A stretch of 55,631 nucleotides of DNA from Gammaproteobacteria bacterium (GTDB taxonomy: Bacteria > Pseudomonadota > Gammaproteobacteria > Ga0077536): contig JAYTTZ010000239.1 in the NCBI GenBank assembly GCA_043744805.1, forward strand, positions 1 to 55,631, given 5' to 3'. Below the pieces are notes generated by a model, which did not search any database, was not told the DNA's origin, and saw only the letters and a program-made list of their open reading frames with translations. Positions 45,073-54,941 of the stretch are shown in pieces (position 1 is the stretch's first letter; every line of letters begins with the position of its first letter). The position numbers and the translations under genes were made by a program.

Positions 45073-46092
45073 TCAGGCCGCGTGGACGCCTGCGACCAGT
45101 TCCGGCCACCGCGCGAAACTGCCTTCGCCGCCCATGGTGGAATACAGGGAGATGCGATCAAGCACGCCTGCGTAGCGTTTACGCAAGGTCTCGCCCAGGG
45201 TGGCCGATGGCGCGAACACCACGATTTCGTCCAACAGGGCATCCGGCACGTGCGCGCCCATGTCGTCCAGCTTTCCTTCACGCATCATCTGGCCCAGCTT
45301 CTTGCAGAGATCGCCCTGCCCGTGGAACTCAAGCACGGTGGCATAGCTTGGCGTGGACGCATAGAACGCAATCTGCCGGCGCACCGAAGCTTCCATCCTG
45401 GCGCGCTCGATCTCGGTGTCGCCGGTGACCACGAAGACCGGCGAATAAAGCTCCAGGTCATCCACGGTCTTGCCGCGCGAGCGCGCGCCCTCATCGAGCG
45501 CCGGGCGCACCACGTCCCGCAGGTAGGGCACCGTGTGCATGGGGTGGACGTGGAAGCCGTCCGCGCACTCGCCGGCCGCGCGGCACATGCGCGGGTTCAC
45601 GCCTGCCAGGTAAATCGGTGGGAAGGGAAAATCGAGCGGACCCGGATTGAAGAACTCATTGATGAGTTTGAACTGGTAGAACGGGCCTTCGTAAGTTGGC
45701 TTGGCGCCGGTCTGGAAGGTATTCCAGATGGCACGTACGCAGTGGATGTAATCGGTCACGCGTGCGGCCGGGTGATCGAAGGGCATGGAGAAGCGCCGTT
45801 CCACGTGCTGGCGAATCTGCGTGCCAAGGCCAAGGCGGAAGCGGCCACTGGAGTAGCGCTGCAGATCCCAGGCGATTTGCGCGGTGGAGAATGGCGTGCG
45901 GGCGAACGCCACCGCGATATTGGTCCCGATCTCAAGCCTGCTCGTGGCCGCGGCGGCAAATGCCAGTGGGAAAAAGGCGTCGTGGGCGGCTTCGAAGGTC
46001 CAGACGCAGTCGATGCCCAGACTTTCAAGTTCCCTTGCACGGCTGGCCACTTCGGCCGGCGCCATGGCCGGCATCAGGCTGTCGATTTTCAC
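45073..46092 (-). CDS. LLM-class oxidoreductase, TIGR03617-like (predicted F420-dependent)
   Basis: EAAHDAFFPL; LEIGTNIAVAFARTP; GRFRLGLGTQIRQHVERRFS; HPMHT; IAFYASTPSY. GTG start inferred. Confidence 0.8.
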   Translation of the reverse strand: MKIDSLMPAMAPAEVASRARELESLGIDCVWTFEAAHDAFFPLAFAAAATSRLEIGTNIAVAFARTPFSTAQIAWDLQRYSSGRFRLGLGTQIRQHVERRFSMPFDHPAARVTDYIHCVRAIWNTFQTGAKPTYEGPFYQFKLINEFFNPGPLDFPFPPIYLAGVNPRMCRAAGECADGFHVHPMHTVPYLRDVVRPALDEGARSRGKTVDDLELYSPVFVVTGDTEIERARMEASVRRQIAFYASTPSYATVLEFHGQGDLCKKLGQMMREGKLDDMGAHVPDALLDEIVVFAPSATLGETLRKRYAGVLDRISLYSTMGGEGSFARWPELVAGVHAA

Positions 46093-46126
46093 TTGGTCTG
46101 CCCTTTGGTGTTTTCCTGCATGGATT

Positions 46127-46975
46127 TCACGCGTCGCCTCCCAGTACGTGGATGATGACGCCACCGGATTTCTCGTCGTCCTCGAGGGTCACCAGCTTGC
46201 GGCTGGCGGCTTCCTCCAGCAGCTTGCTGAAGGACTTGAAGCCGTAGTACGACTCGCTGAAGCCAGGGCGGCGGCGCTTGATGGCCTGCTTGACCATCGA
46301 GCCCCAGATTTTGTCTTCGGTTCCGCGCTCGGCGATCAGCGCGTCGACCGTTTCCATCACGATGTCGAGTGCTTCCTGCTTGCGATCGGTTTCGGCCGGC
46401 GGGCTCGTCTTTCCATCCGGTGCCTTGTCGTTCTCGGCCTGTCCCTTGTCGCTCGTGGCCGTCGCCTTGCGGGCCCGCGGACGGCGCTTTTCCTTTTCCA
46501 CCCGCACGAGGTCATCGTAATAGATGAACTCGTCGCAGTTGGAAATGAGGAGATCAGAGGTGGATTGCTTCACGCCGACGCCAATCACCTTCTTGTTGTT
46601 CTCGCGCAGCTTGCTCACCAGGGGCGAGAAGTCGGAGTCACCGCTGATCACGACGAAGGTATCGACGTGGGACTTGGTGTAGCAGAGGTCGAGCGCGTCG
46701 ACGACCAGGCGGATGTCAGCCGAATTCTTGCCCGACATCCGCACGTGCGGGATTTCGATGAGTTCGAAGGCGGCTTCGTGCATGGTGCCCTTGAACTCCT
46801 TGTAGCGGTCCCAGTCGCAGTAGGCCTTCTTGACCACGATGTTGCCCTTGAGCAGGAGTCGCTCCAGGACCTTGCCGATTTCGAACCTGGAATACTTGGC
46901 GTCGCGTGCGCCCAGGGCGATGTTCTCGAAATCGCAGAACAGCGCCATGATGCTGGTGTCTGATGGAATAGCCAT
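46127..46975 (-). CDS. NYN domain protein (LabA/DUF88) with C-terminal OST-HTH/LOTUS domain
   Basis: ALFCDFEN; GKNSADIRLVVDA; ISGDSDFSPLV; FIYYDDL; FSESYYGFKSFSKLL. Confidence 0.9.
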   Translation of the reverse strand: MAIPSDTSIMALFCDFENIALGARDAKYSRFEIGKVLERLLLKGNIVVKKAYCDWDRYKEFKGTMHEAAFELIEIPHVRMSGKNSADIRLVVDALDLCYTKSHVDTFVVISGDSDFSPLVSKLRENNKKVIGVGVKQSTSDLLISNCDEFIYYDDLVRVEKEKRRPRARKATATSDKGQAENDKAPDGKTSPPAETDRKQEALDIVMETVDALIAERGTEDKIWGSMVKQAIKRRRPGFSESYYGFKSFSKLLEEAASRKLVTLEDDEKSGGVIIHVLGGDA

Positions 46976-47120
46976 GCTGGTGCGTGCTTCCCTGGCGGGG
47001 CCGATGGCCGCGCCGGCTGGATGGACAAGGCGGCATTGTAAGGGGGGGCTTCGCCGCCGCCTACCGCGCCCCTGGCGCCTCGGGCATGATGCGGGCACCC
47101 CGCCCTCGACAGGATGCCCC

Positions 47121-47963
47121 ATGGCCACCGACATCATGCTCACCGATACCTGCGTCGATTACCGCCCGATCAGCGAGGCCAGGAAGCTCAAGGGCCTGCG
47201 CCTGATCCTTGGCGCGTACGCGATCCCCGGCCCCTGGCGGGAAGCCTGCAAGGGCCTCTTCCACGTCAAGCAGGTGCCGTTCGTGTCCGTGGCGACTGCC
47301 AGCGCCGGGCGGTCTGATCTCGAATTCGGCATGACTGAAGCCGACAACGAACTCATGGAATGGACCGGCCAGGCCAGCGCGCCGGTTGCCGCGTGGAACG
47401 ACGAACGCCCGGTCTCCAGCTGGCTGGAGCAGGTCAACCTCGCGGAGCGCATCAATCCGGAACCGCCGCTGGTGCCCGACGCCGCGGCCGATCGCGTACT
47501 GATGTTCGGCTTCCTGAATGAGATTGCCGGCGAAGGCGGACTCGGCTGGACCAAGCGCATCGGCATCATCCATCGCAAGCTCCCCACCTTGCCGCCGGGA
47601 GATCCCGCGCGGGTATTCTGGAACCACCTGGCCGCCAAGTACCGCTACACGCCGGATCTTGGACGCGCCGCGCCCGCGCGAATCGCCTCGATCGTCCATG
47701 CGCTCCACCTGCAACTCGTGGCCTCGCAGGCCAGGGGAGAGCGGTATTTCATCGGCGGACGCCTTTCGGCCCTGGACCTCTACTGGTCGACCTTCGTGAC
47801 CCTGCTCGATCCCCTCCCGCCCGCGCTGTGCCCGATGGCGACAAGCTTCCGCGAGCACTACGCCAACCCCGACCCCGAAGTGCAGGCGGTGCTGTCGCCC
47901 GAGTTGCTGGCCCATCGCGATTTCATTTACCGCGAGCACCTGGAACTGCCCATCGTCTTTTGA
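47121..47963 (+). CDS. GST-like protein
   Basis: PGPWREACKGLFHVK; TGQASAPV; AERINPEPPLVP; YFIGGRLSALDLYW GST C-domain motif. Confidence 0.7.
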   Translation: MATDIMLTDTCVDYRPISEARKLKGLRLILGAYAIPGPWREACKGLFHVKQVPFVSVATASAGRSDLEFGMTEADNELMEWTGQASAPVAAWNDERPVSSWLEQVNLAERINPEPPLVPDAAADRVLMFGFLNEIAGEGGLGWTKRIGIIHRKLPTLPPGDPARVFWNHLAAKYRYTPDLGRAAPARIASIVHALHLQLVASQARGERYFIGGRLSALDLYWSTFVTLLDPLPPALCPMATSFREHYANPDPEVQAVLSPELLAHRDFIYREHLELPIVF

Positions 47964-48021
47964 GCGCAAGCGCGCGCCTTCCCCGCGGCGACAGCGGTCG
48001 CCACCGGGAAGGCCTTGGCGC

Positions 48022-49815
48022 TCAGAAAGCGTCCGCTTCCAGCGCCATCATGTTCTCCGCCCCGGCTTCCACCCGCGCCCGGTGCACGGCAGTTTCCGGC
48101 AACAGGTGCGAGGCGAAGTAACGCGCCGTAATGAGCTTGTTCGCATAGAAGCTCGGGTCACTGGCACCGGCATCGAGCGCGCGGATCGCGGCGCTGGCCA
48201 TCGTCAACCACTGTTCGCCCAAGGCCACCAGGCCCATCAGGTGCAGGAAGGCATGTGAACCCGCTGCGGCGTTGTCGGGCTTCATCAGCGCGTTCCGCAT
48301 CAGCCACTGGGTGGCGCCGTGCAAATCGCCCAGGGCCCGACGCAACGCGTCCACGAGCCCCTGCAGGCGCGGTTCGGCACTCGCGTTGTTGAGTGCGTGT
48401 TCAATCCCGGTCAGCCACAGCCTGAGCGCCCGGCCGCCGTTCATCGGCAGCTTGCGCGCCACCAGATCCAGCGCCTGGATGCCGTTGGCGCCTTCGTAAA
48501 TCATCGCGATGCGCGCGTCGCGCACGAACTGCTCCATCCCCCATTCGCGCACGTAGCCGTGACCGCCCAGGCACTGCTGGGCATTGGTCGCGTTCGCATA
48601 GCCCTTGTCAGTGAAATAGGCCTTGATCACAGGAGTGAGGAGCCCGATGAGGTCGTCCGCCTGCTGGCGTTCTTCGGCGGTTTCGGCCACCTGCGCCAGA
48701 TCCACCTGCAGCGCGCCCCACAGCATCAGGCTGCGCGCAGCCTCGTTGAAGGCGCGGCTGTCCATCAGCATGCGGCGGACGTCCGGGTGGACGATGATGG
48801 GATCGGCCTTGCCGGCGGGATTCTTCGGGCCCGACACCGCTCGTCCCTGCAGGCGTTCGCGGGCGTATTTCGCGGCGTTCTGGTAGGAGACTTCAGACTG
48901 GCCGAGGCCCTGTACGCCCACCCCGAGCCGCGCGGCGTTCATCATGATGAACATCGCGCGCAGGCCCTTGTCACGCTCGCCCACCAGGTAACCGGTCGCG
49001 CCGTCGTAGTTCATCACGCAGGTGGCGTTACCGTGGATACCCATCTTTTTCTCGAGGTTGCCGCAGGCCACCGCGTTGCGTGCGCCGAGGCGGCCCGCGT
49101 CGTCCACCAGGATCTTGGGCACGATGAACAGCGAGATGCCTTTCACGCTGTCCGGGGAGTCCGGCATCTTGGCCAGCACGAGGTGGATGATGTTTTCGGT
49201 GAGATCGTGCTCGCCGGCGGAAATGAAAATCTTGGTGCCGGTGATGCGATAGCTGCCGTCCGATGCGGGTTCGGCGCGGGTGCGCAGGAGTCCGAGATCG
49301 GTGCCGCAATGGGGTTCGGTGAGGTTCATGGTGCCGCTCCAGCGGCCTTCCAGCATCGGCGGTACGTAGCGCGCCTGGAGTTCGGGGGAACCCACCGCCT
49401 CGATGGCGGCAATCGCACCCAGGGTCAGCATGGGATACATGGTGAAGGCCATGTTGGCGCTGATGAAGTATTCCTCCAGCGCACTGGCGACGAGGTGGGG
49501 CAGGCCCTGTCCGCCGAACTCGGCCTTGCCTGCCAAGGCGCCCCAGCCACCTTCGGCAAACTGGCGATAGGCTGCGCGAAAGCCGGGCGCCGTGGTGACC
49601 TGGCCGTCGGCGGCGCGCTGGCAGCCGTGGAGGTCACCGATCTGGTTCAGGGGTTGCAGCACTTCCTCGGCGAACTTGGCGCCTTCGGCCAGGATGGCTG
49701 CGGTGAGGTCGGGAGTTGCGTCGGCGAACGCCGGCAGGCCCGCGTAGCGCTCGAGCCCGAGCACTTCGTTGAGGATGAAAAGACTCTCGCGCACCGGTGC
49801 CTTGTACTCGGCCAT
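48022..49815 (-). CDS. Acyl-CoA dehydrogenase (long, FadE5/DmdC-like)
   Basis: [14 protein letters not shown]; ITGTKIFIS; GISLFIVPK; EKKMGIHG; QQCLGGHGY; [13 protein letters not shown]. Confidence 0.92.
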   Translation of the reverse strand: MAEYKAPVRESLFILNEVLGLERYAGLPAFADATPDLTAAILAEGAKFAEEVLQPLNQIGDLHGCQRAADGQVTTAPGFRAAYRQFAEGGWGALAGKAEFGGQGLPHLVASALEEYFISANMAFTMYPMLTLGAIAAIEAVGSPELQARYVPPMLEGRWSGTMNLTEPHCGTDLGLLRTRAEPASDGSYRITGTKIFISAGEHDLTENIIHLVLAKMPDSPDSVKGISLFIVPKILVDDAGRLGARNAVACGNLEKKMGIHGNATCVMNYDGATGYLVGERDKGLRAMFIMMNAARLGVGVQGLGQSEVSYQNAAKYARERLQGRAVSGPKNPAGKADPIIVHPDVRRMLMDSRAFNEAARSLMLWGALQVDLAQVAETAEERQQADDLIGLLTPVIKAYFTDKGYANATNAQQCLGGHGYVREWGMEQFVRDARIAMIYEGANGIQALDLVARKLPMNGGRALRLWLTGIEHALNNASAEPRLQGLVDALRRALGDLHGATQWLMRNALMKPDNAAAGSHAFLHLMGLVALGEQWLTMASAAIRALDAGASDPSFYANKLITARYFASHLLPETAVHRARVEAGAENMMALEADAF

Positions 49816-49940
49816 GGCCCTGCTCCCCGTCCTGTTTTAATTCGCCGATAGTAGCCGCTTCCGAAGGCTCCCGGCGTGGGCCGGGCGGACTGCGGCGGCG
49901 CGCTAGGCGATGTCCCCCCGGTTCATTAGAATCGACTGAC

Positions 49941-50348
49941 ATGAGCTACACCCCCCACCCTGCGACACCTACCATCCAGACCCGCTTCGCGGTGACCCTG
50001 GCGCGTTTCGGCGGGGAACTGGTGTGGTCGACGACCTACACCGGAACCCGGGCCGCCCTGATCAAGGCCTGCCTGGCCAGCAAGGCCCAGTTTCCCACCC
50101 TGACCAAGGCCCGCTCCTCGGCCAACGGCGCGCACCAGGAGTCGGGACGCTGGTACCTGTGGCAGGAAAACCCGCTGGATGACGTCTGGAGCATCACCTA
50201 CTACTCCGCCGGCTTCCTCGATGAACTCGACAAGGAACAGCTTCTCGCCCTGCAACGGCACCTCCTGCAGGTCCTCCAGATCACGCCGGAAACCATCGGC
50301 GCAATCGTGCTTGAATGGCGCAAACACGCCGACCGCGAGCATCCCTGA
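49941..50348 (+). CDS. Hypothetical protein (135 aa)
   Basis: Fills the gap between acyl-CoA dehydrogenase and RluA; GC3-biased codons; no recognised motif. Confidence 0.55.
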   Translation: MSYTPHPATPTIQTRFAVTLARFGGELVWSTTYTGTRAALIKACLASKAQFPTLTKARSSANGAHQESGRWYLWQENPLDDVWSITYYSAGFLDELDKEQLLALQRHLLQVLQITPETIGAIVLEWRKHADREHP

Positions 50349-50419
50349 AGCGCCGGGCGCCAGCGGCCGGCTGGGTACCACCCCAGCTGGGTGGTACGCC
50401 GGGACAGGATCCGGGCCGA

Positions 50420-51268
50420 GTGGTGCTCAGTCGCGAACTCGTCGTTCCGCGCGGCATGCCCACCTCGGCACCAGAAGCCCTGGCGGCAGTCACGGGACTG
50501 TCCAAGCTCCGGATTAAGGACGCCATGCATAAGGGCGCGGTATGGCTGCAGCGGGGCACGCGTAAGCCGTTCCGTCTCCGGCATATCTCCACCCCGATTG
50601 AAGGCGGCGACCGACTCTCGATCCATTACGATTCAGCGGTGCTTGAGCGCGCCCCCCCCGCGGCGCGACTCGTCAGCAACCAGGCGCGCTACAGCGTCTG
50701 GTTCAAGCCGGCGGGCCTGCTGGTGGACGGGTCACGCTATGGCGATCACGCCACCCTCGCCGCCCAGGTCAGTGCCACGTTCGGCGAAAAATTCGAAATC
50801 CACCTCGTGCACCGGCTGGACATGGAAGCCAGTGGGCTGGTGGTTGCCGCGCACTCCGCCAAGGCCATGGCGCGCCTCTCCGCGCTCTTTGCCGAGCGGC
50901 GCGTCGACAAGCGTTACCGCATCACGGTGCTGGGCGATCTGCGGCCACGCGGCGCACTGGGACGCATCGAGCAGCCACTGGACGACAAGCCCGCCACCAG
51001 CGAGTGGCTGGTCGAGTCCTACGACCCTGCCCGCAACACGACCACCGTCCAGGTGCGCATGCTGAGTGGTCGTTACCACCAGATCCGACGCCACTTCGCC
51101 GGCATTGGTTTTCCCGTCATCGGCGACCCACGCTACGGCAGCGGCAACCAGAACGAGGCCGCCCTGCAACTCGAGGCCATCGGGATCTGCTTCAGCGACC
51201 CCTGGCGCAACGAGCCGGTGGGCTTCGGGGAGTGCGCCGAGTTCATAGCGCCGCTCGCGACACCATGA
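50420..51268 (+). CDS. RluA family pseudouridine synthase (start uncertain)
   Basis: WFKPAGL; VHRLDMEASGL with catalytic Asp; KRYR; SGRYHQIRRH; PVIGDPRYG; LQL. Confidence 0.88.
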   Translation: MVLSRELVVPRGMPTSAPEALAAVTGLSKLRIKDAMHKGAVWLQRGTRKPFRLRHISTPIEGGDRLSIHYDSAVLERAPPAARLVSNQARYSVWFKPAGLLVDGSRYGDHATLAAQVSATFGEKFEIHLVHRLDMEASGLVVAAHSAKAMARLSALFAERRVDKRYRITVLGDLRPRGALGRIEQPLDDKPATSEWLVESYDPARNTTTVQVRMLSGRYHQIRRHFAGIGFPVIGDPRYGSGNQNEAALQLEAIGICFSDPWRNEPVGFGECAEFIAPLATP

Positions 51269-51660
51269 GCCTGCGCAAGCTCGATCCCGAGCACGACACC
51301 TACGTGGCGCTCGCCACCTACCGCCGCGATGGTCAAGAAGTCCGCACCCCGCTGTGGATTGCCGGGACCGGGCCTGAATTCCACTGCTTCAGCGCCGGCA
51401 ATGCGGGCAAGATCAAGCGGATCCGCACCAACCCACGGGTGAAGCTTGCACCCTGCGACAGGCGTGGCGGCGCGCTTGGTGAATGGCGCGAAGCCCGCGC
51501 CCGCCTGCTGTCCGACCCGACCGAGATTGCCACCGCCCACGCCGCCCTCCGGCGCAAGTACGGCTTGAAGATGTGGATAGCCGACCTGGCGTCCCGCCTT
51601 GCTGGTCGCCTCGGCAACCGTGTCTACCTCACCTTTGCCCTGGAATCGCCGGCCCCATGA
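51265..51660 (+). CDS. PPOX-class F420-dependent oxidoreductase-like protein (Rv2061-like)
   Basis: YVALATYRRDGQEVRTPLW; GKIKRIRTNPRVKLAPCDRRG; LRRKYG. ATGA overlap with RluA. Confidence 0.85.
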   Translation: MSLRKLDPEHDTYVALATYRRDGQEVRTPLWIAGTGPEFHCFSAGNAGKIKRIRTNPRVKLAPCDRRGGALGEWREARARLLSDPTEIATAHAALRRKYGLKMWIADLASRLAGRLGNRVYLTFALESPAP

Positions 51661-52331
51661 CCCCGCCCGGCCCCACCCTGGCCGCCACGCCCACGATCAA
51701 TTTCGAGCACCCGCTGGTCGCGGCGTTCGTCAAACGCCATCGCGGCGACGGTTCGCTGCAGGACCAGGTGGTAAGGCTTTACTACGCGGTGCGGGACGAA
51801 ATCCGCTACGACCCCTACTCCATCGACTTGAGCCTTGAAGGCCTTTCCGCCAGCCACGCCCTTGAAACCGGGCGTGGCTGGTGCGTGACCAAGGCGGTGC
51901 TGCTGACCGCCTGCGTGCGGTCGATCGGCGTCCGCTCGCGCCTCGGCTTCGCGGACGTCAGGAACCACCTGTCCACCGAGCGTATGCGCCGCCTGATGCA
52001 GACGGACGAGTTCGTCTTCCACGGCTACAGCGCAATCCGGCTGCACGGCCAGTGGGTGAAGGCGACGCCCGCGTTCAACCTGTCGCTGTGCGAGAAGTTC
52101 AGGATCAAGCCGCTCGAATTCGACGGCACAGCGGATTCGATCTACCACGCCTTCGACCTCGACGGCCGGGAGCACATGGAATACCTCCGCTACCGGGGTG
52201 AGTTCAACGACGTGCCCGTGGCTGACATGAAGGCCGAGTTCGCCCGCGTTTACCCGCCCATGATGCAGGCGCTGGAGACCGGCGACTTCGACACCGAAGT
52301 CGCCGCAGAGACAACCGCCGCTAGTCGATAA
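51657..52331 (+). CDS. Transglutaminase-like family protein
   Basis: LYYAVRDEIRY; GRGWCVTKAVLL; FHGYS; WVKATP (Cys-His catalytic pattern). ATGA overlap with the PPOX gene. Confidence 0.85.
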   Translation: MTPPGPTLAATPTINFEHPLVAAFVKRHRGDGSLQDQVVRLYYAVRDEIRYDPYSIDLSLEGLSASHALETGRGWCVTKAVLLTACVRSIGVRSRLGFADVRNHLSTERMRRLMQTDEFVFHGYSAIRLHGQWVKATPAFNLSLCEKFRIKPLEFDGTADSIYHAFDLDGREHMEYLRYRGEFNDVPVADMKAEFARVYPPMMQALETGDFDTEVAAETTAASR

Positions 52332-53487
52332 GCGAGGTCACCACGAGATCCGCGAGCCGCTGCAGGCGCTCGCAGTGGTAAGTCTCTTCCATGAGGCCGG
52401 TGGAGAGGAAGGCAAAGCTCAGTTCCTGCACCGGATCCACCCAGAAGCAGGTGGAGCCCGCACCCCAGCCGCAAAAAGTACGCGGGCTCGAGAAATTGCT
52501 GAGCGGGCCGGGCTGCACGCCTTCGCCGCGGGTAAAGAAGCCAATGCCGATGTTCGCGGGCCAGGCCTGCCAGCCACGGGTGTCGCGCGCGTAGTCGAAA
52601 AGCACGTTGCGCAGCTCGCCGGTGTGGTTGCGGGCGCAGTACTCCAGCGTGCGCGGCGAAAGGATGCGCACGCCGTCGAGTTCGCCGCCGCGCGCCAGCA
52701 TCTGCACAAAGCGATGCAGGTCGTCGATGGTCGTGAGGTAACCGCCGGCCGGCACTTCCGCGCCTTCCATGGTCACCACGTGGCCCACGCCAATCACGTC
52801 CTCTGGCGTGAACATGCCAGCTTCCTCGTAGCAGGCCACCACCGGGCACAGCCGTGCGAGGAGATCCGCGCGGGGCCCGAGGCTGGTGTTGGCCATGCCA
52901 AGCGGCTGGAACAAGTCTTCGGTGATGATGCGACCAAAGCTGCGCTGCCCGCCGTCCACCCGCCGCAGCATCTCCGCAATCACCGCGTGCGCGACGATGA
53001 TGGAGTAGTTCACCCGTTCGCCCGGCAGCGACTCCGGCCGCTGGGCGGCGACCCAGGCGGTGAGTTTGGTGACGTTGGTGAGCACCTCGAGCGGCGCTGC
53101 GGGAATCGCCGAGAGCAGTCCGCTGGTATGGGTCATGAGCTGGAACAGGGTGATTTCGCGCAGTCCACGCGACGAAAATTCCGGGATGACTTCACGCACC
53201 TGCATCGCGAGGTGGAGATCGCCACGCTCAATCCGGTTCAGCACCAGCGCATTGGTGAACTGCTTGCCGATGGAGAACGACACGAAGCTGTCGTCCACCT
53301 TGAGCTGCCGGCCGGCGGCTTTGTCAGCATGTCCAAGCGTGAGGTCCAGCACCACCGCACCACGCCGCGCCACCCGCAGGTTGGCGCCGTGGTAACGCCC
53401 GGCCAGGAGGTCCTGGTTGATGCGTGCTGCTACCCGCCCGAGTCGCGTCGGATCAAAGCCCTGGCGGGCTGCTGCCGTGGTCACCAT
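52321..53487 (-). CDS. Serine hydrolase, beta-lactamase class C/esterase family
   Basis: SIGK (SxxK); LMTHTSG; PGERVNYS; LFQPLGMANT; WVDP. Confidence 0.88.
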   Translation of the reverse strand: MVTTAAARQGFDPTRLGRVAARINQDLLAGRYHGANLRVARRGAVVLDLTLGHADKAAGRQLKVDDSFVSFSIGKQFTNALVLNRIERGDLHLAMQVREVIPEFSSRGLREITLFQLMTHTSGLLSAIPAAPLEVLTNVTKLTAWVAAQRPESLPGERVNYSIIVAHAVIAEMLRRVDGGQRSFGRIITEDLFQPLGMANTSLGPRADLLARLCPVVACYEEAGMFTPEDVIGVGHVVTMEGAEVPAGGYLTTIDDLHRFVQMLARGGELDGVRILSPRTLEYCARNHTGELRNVLFDYARDTRGWQAWPANIGIGFFTRGEGVQPGPLSNFSSPRTFCGWGAGSTCFWVDPVQELSFAFLSTGLMEETYHCERLQRLADLVVTSLID

Positions 53488-53538
53488 CCGGAGGTCTCCC
53501 CGTCATTGCTGTGGGTTGGTTGGTCGTCGGGACCAGCT

Positions 53539-54342
53539 TCAAATCTTCTTCGGGCCGTAGCTTGCCTGGAGGCTGTCGAGCGGCGACTTCTGGATGCCGT
53601 GGTTGGGAATGGGATAGCGCAGCCCGTTGTTGCTCAGTGCTTCAAGCCCTGCCACCGCCCCCGGCAGGAAGCTCGGCGGCATCGCCATCAACATTTCCTC
53701 GTCCAGCACGCCGCCGAACTTGCGTTCCGCGTAGCAGGGGATCGACAGCGAAGGCTCACCGGTCTTAAGCGCATTGCCCCAGGAATCGGCGCACGCGCTT
53801 TCGCCTACGCAACTGAAGTTCAGCTTGCGGTAGTTCCGGTACTGCAGGCCGTTGACCAGGGTAATCATCTGGCCCGGGGTCCCGTAAAGGAGGCAGATAT
53901 CCGGGTTGTCGAGACGGCCTGCCGTAAGCGGTGACACCGCCACGGCTGCGTATTCGCCATGGCTCGCGCAACTCATCGCTTGCTGGTGCGCGGCGGTGTC
54001 CTCGAGGGTGGCGTACCACACGCCTTTCATGGGTTCGCCGCGCAGCCATTCCGCATTGGCCGGATGCAGGCCTACCACCGCGCCGCATTGCGCGCCCATG
54101 AGGTTGTCCATCGTCACGCCCAGGGTCCAGCCGAGCCAGCGGCCCTGGCCCACGATCTGGTCGAAGGCGAGCTTCTCGCCCACCGGAGGCCGACGCATCC
54201 TGGGCACGGCCATCATCCCGGCCTCGGTGCGGAAGCGTTTCAGGCCGATCGGCGTCGCCTTGAGGCGAAGATAGCGATTGAGCGCATCGACCAGCGCCGG
54301 GTAGTCGTAAGCAGTGTCGTCGCCCCAACAATTCGCACTCAT
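53539..54342 (-). CDS. DUF169 domain protein
   Basis: YLRLKATPIGLK; YGTPGQMITLVNGL; GESACADS; PCYAERKFGG..DEE. Confidence 0.8.
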   Translation of the reverse strand: MSANCWGDDTAYDYPALVDALNRYLRLKATPIGLKRFRTEAGMMAVPRMRRPPVGEKLAFDQIVGQGRWLGWTLGVTMDNLMGAQCGAVVGLHPANAEWLRGEPMKGVWYATLEDTAAHQQAMSCASHGEYAAVAVSPLTAGRLDNPDICLLYGTPGQMITLVNGLQYRNYRKLNFSCVGESACADSWGNALKTGEPSLSIPCYAERKFGGVLDEEMLMAMPPSFLPGAVAGLEALSNNGLRYPIPNHGIQKSPLDSLQASYGPKKI

Positions 54343-54812
54343 GGCCGTACCCTCACGAGGCCCATCCCCTTGAACGTCATCACGGGCTCACCGCTTGTAT
54401 CCAGCACGTCGACCTGGTGGTGGAGCAGGCCACGGTCGGGCTTTGATTTCGAGATACGCGCGTCGAGCACTGTCACCTTCACTTCCAGCACCATCCCGGG
54501 CCGCACGGGCTTGAGCCAGCGGATTTCATCGAGGCCGGGCGAACCCAGGCCGCCACGGGAAGAAATGAACTCATCGACCATCAAACGCATGACCGCCGAA
54601 CCCGTGTGCCAACCGCTCGCGATGATCCCGCCATACGGGGAGGCGGCCGCCGCGACCGCATCTACGTGGAAAGGCTGGGGATCGAAGCGCCGCGCAAAAT
54701 CGATGATTGCGGCTTCGTCCAGGCTGAAGGTGCCAAGCGTGTAGGTGGCACCGGGATCGTAATCCTCGAACCAGCGCTCGCCGGGTGGATTCGTGAAGCG
54801 GGCTGGGCGCAT
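54339..54812 (-). CDS. MaoC family dehydratase
   Basis: WFEDY; FARRFDPQPFHVD; IIASGWHT; GLDEIRWLKPVRPG. Confidence 0.9.
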   Translation of the reverse strand: MRPARFTNPPGERWFEDYDPGATYTLGTFSLDEAAIIDFARRFDPQPFHVDAVAAAASPYGGIIASGWHTGSAVMRLMVDEFISSRGGLGSPGLDEIRWLKPVRPGMVLEVKVTVLDARISKSKPDRGLLHHQVDVLDTSGEPVMTFKGMGLVRVRP

Positions 54813-54941
54813 GGGGGACGCTCAAGGTGGGGACCGCCGCACTATAGCCGGGGTGCAGGTGGACTGCATGCGGGGCTACCGTGCATCATTCGACGCCATT
54901 GACGCGCCACAGGTGGCTGCGGAATCGGGGAGGTTGGACGA

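Noticed and set aside
52321-53487. Beta-lactam resistance gene
   Set aside because: No signal peptide or KTG motif recognised; it fits the broad esterase-like serine hydrolase family better.
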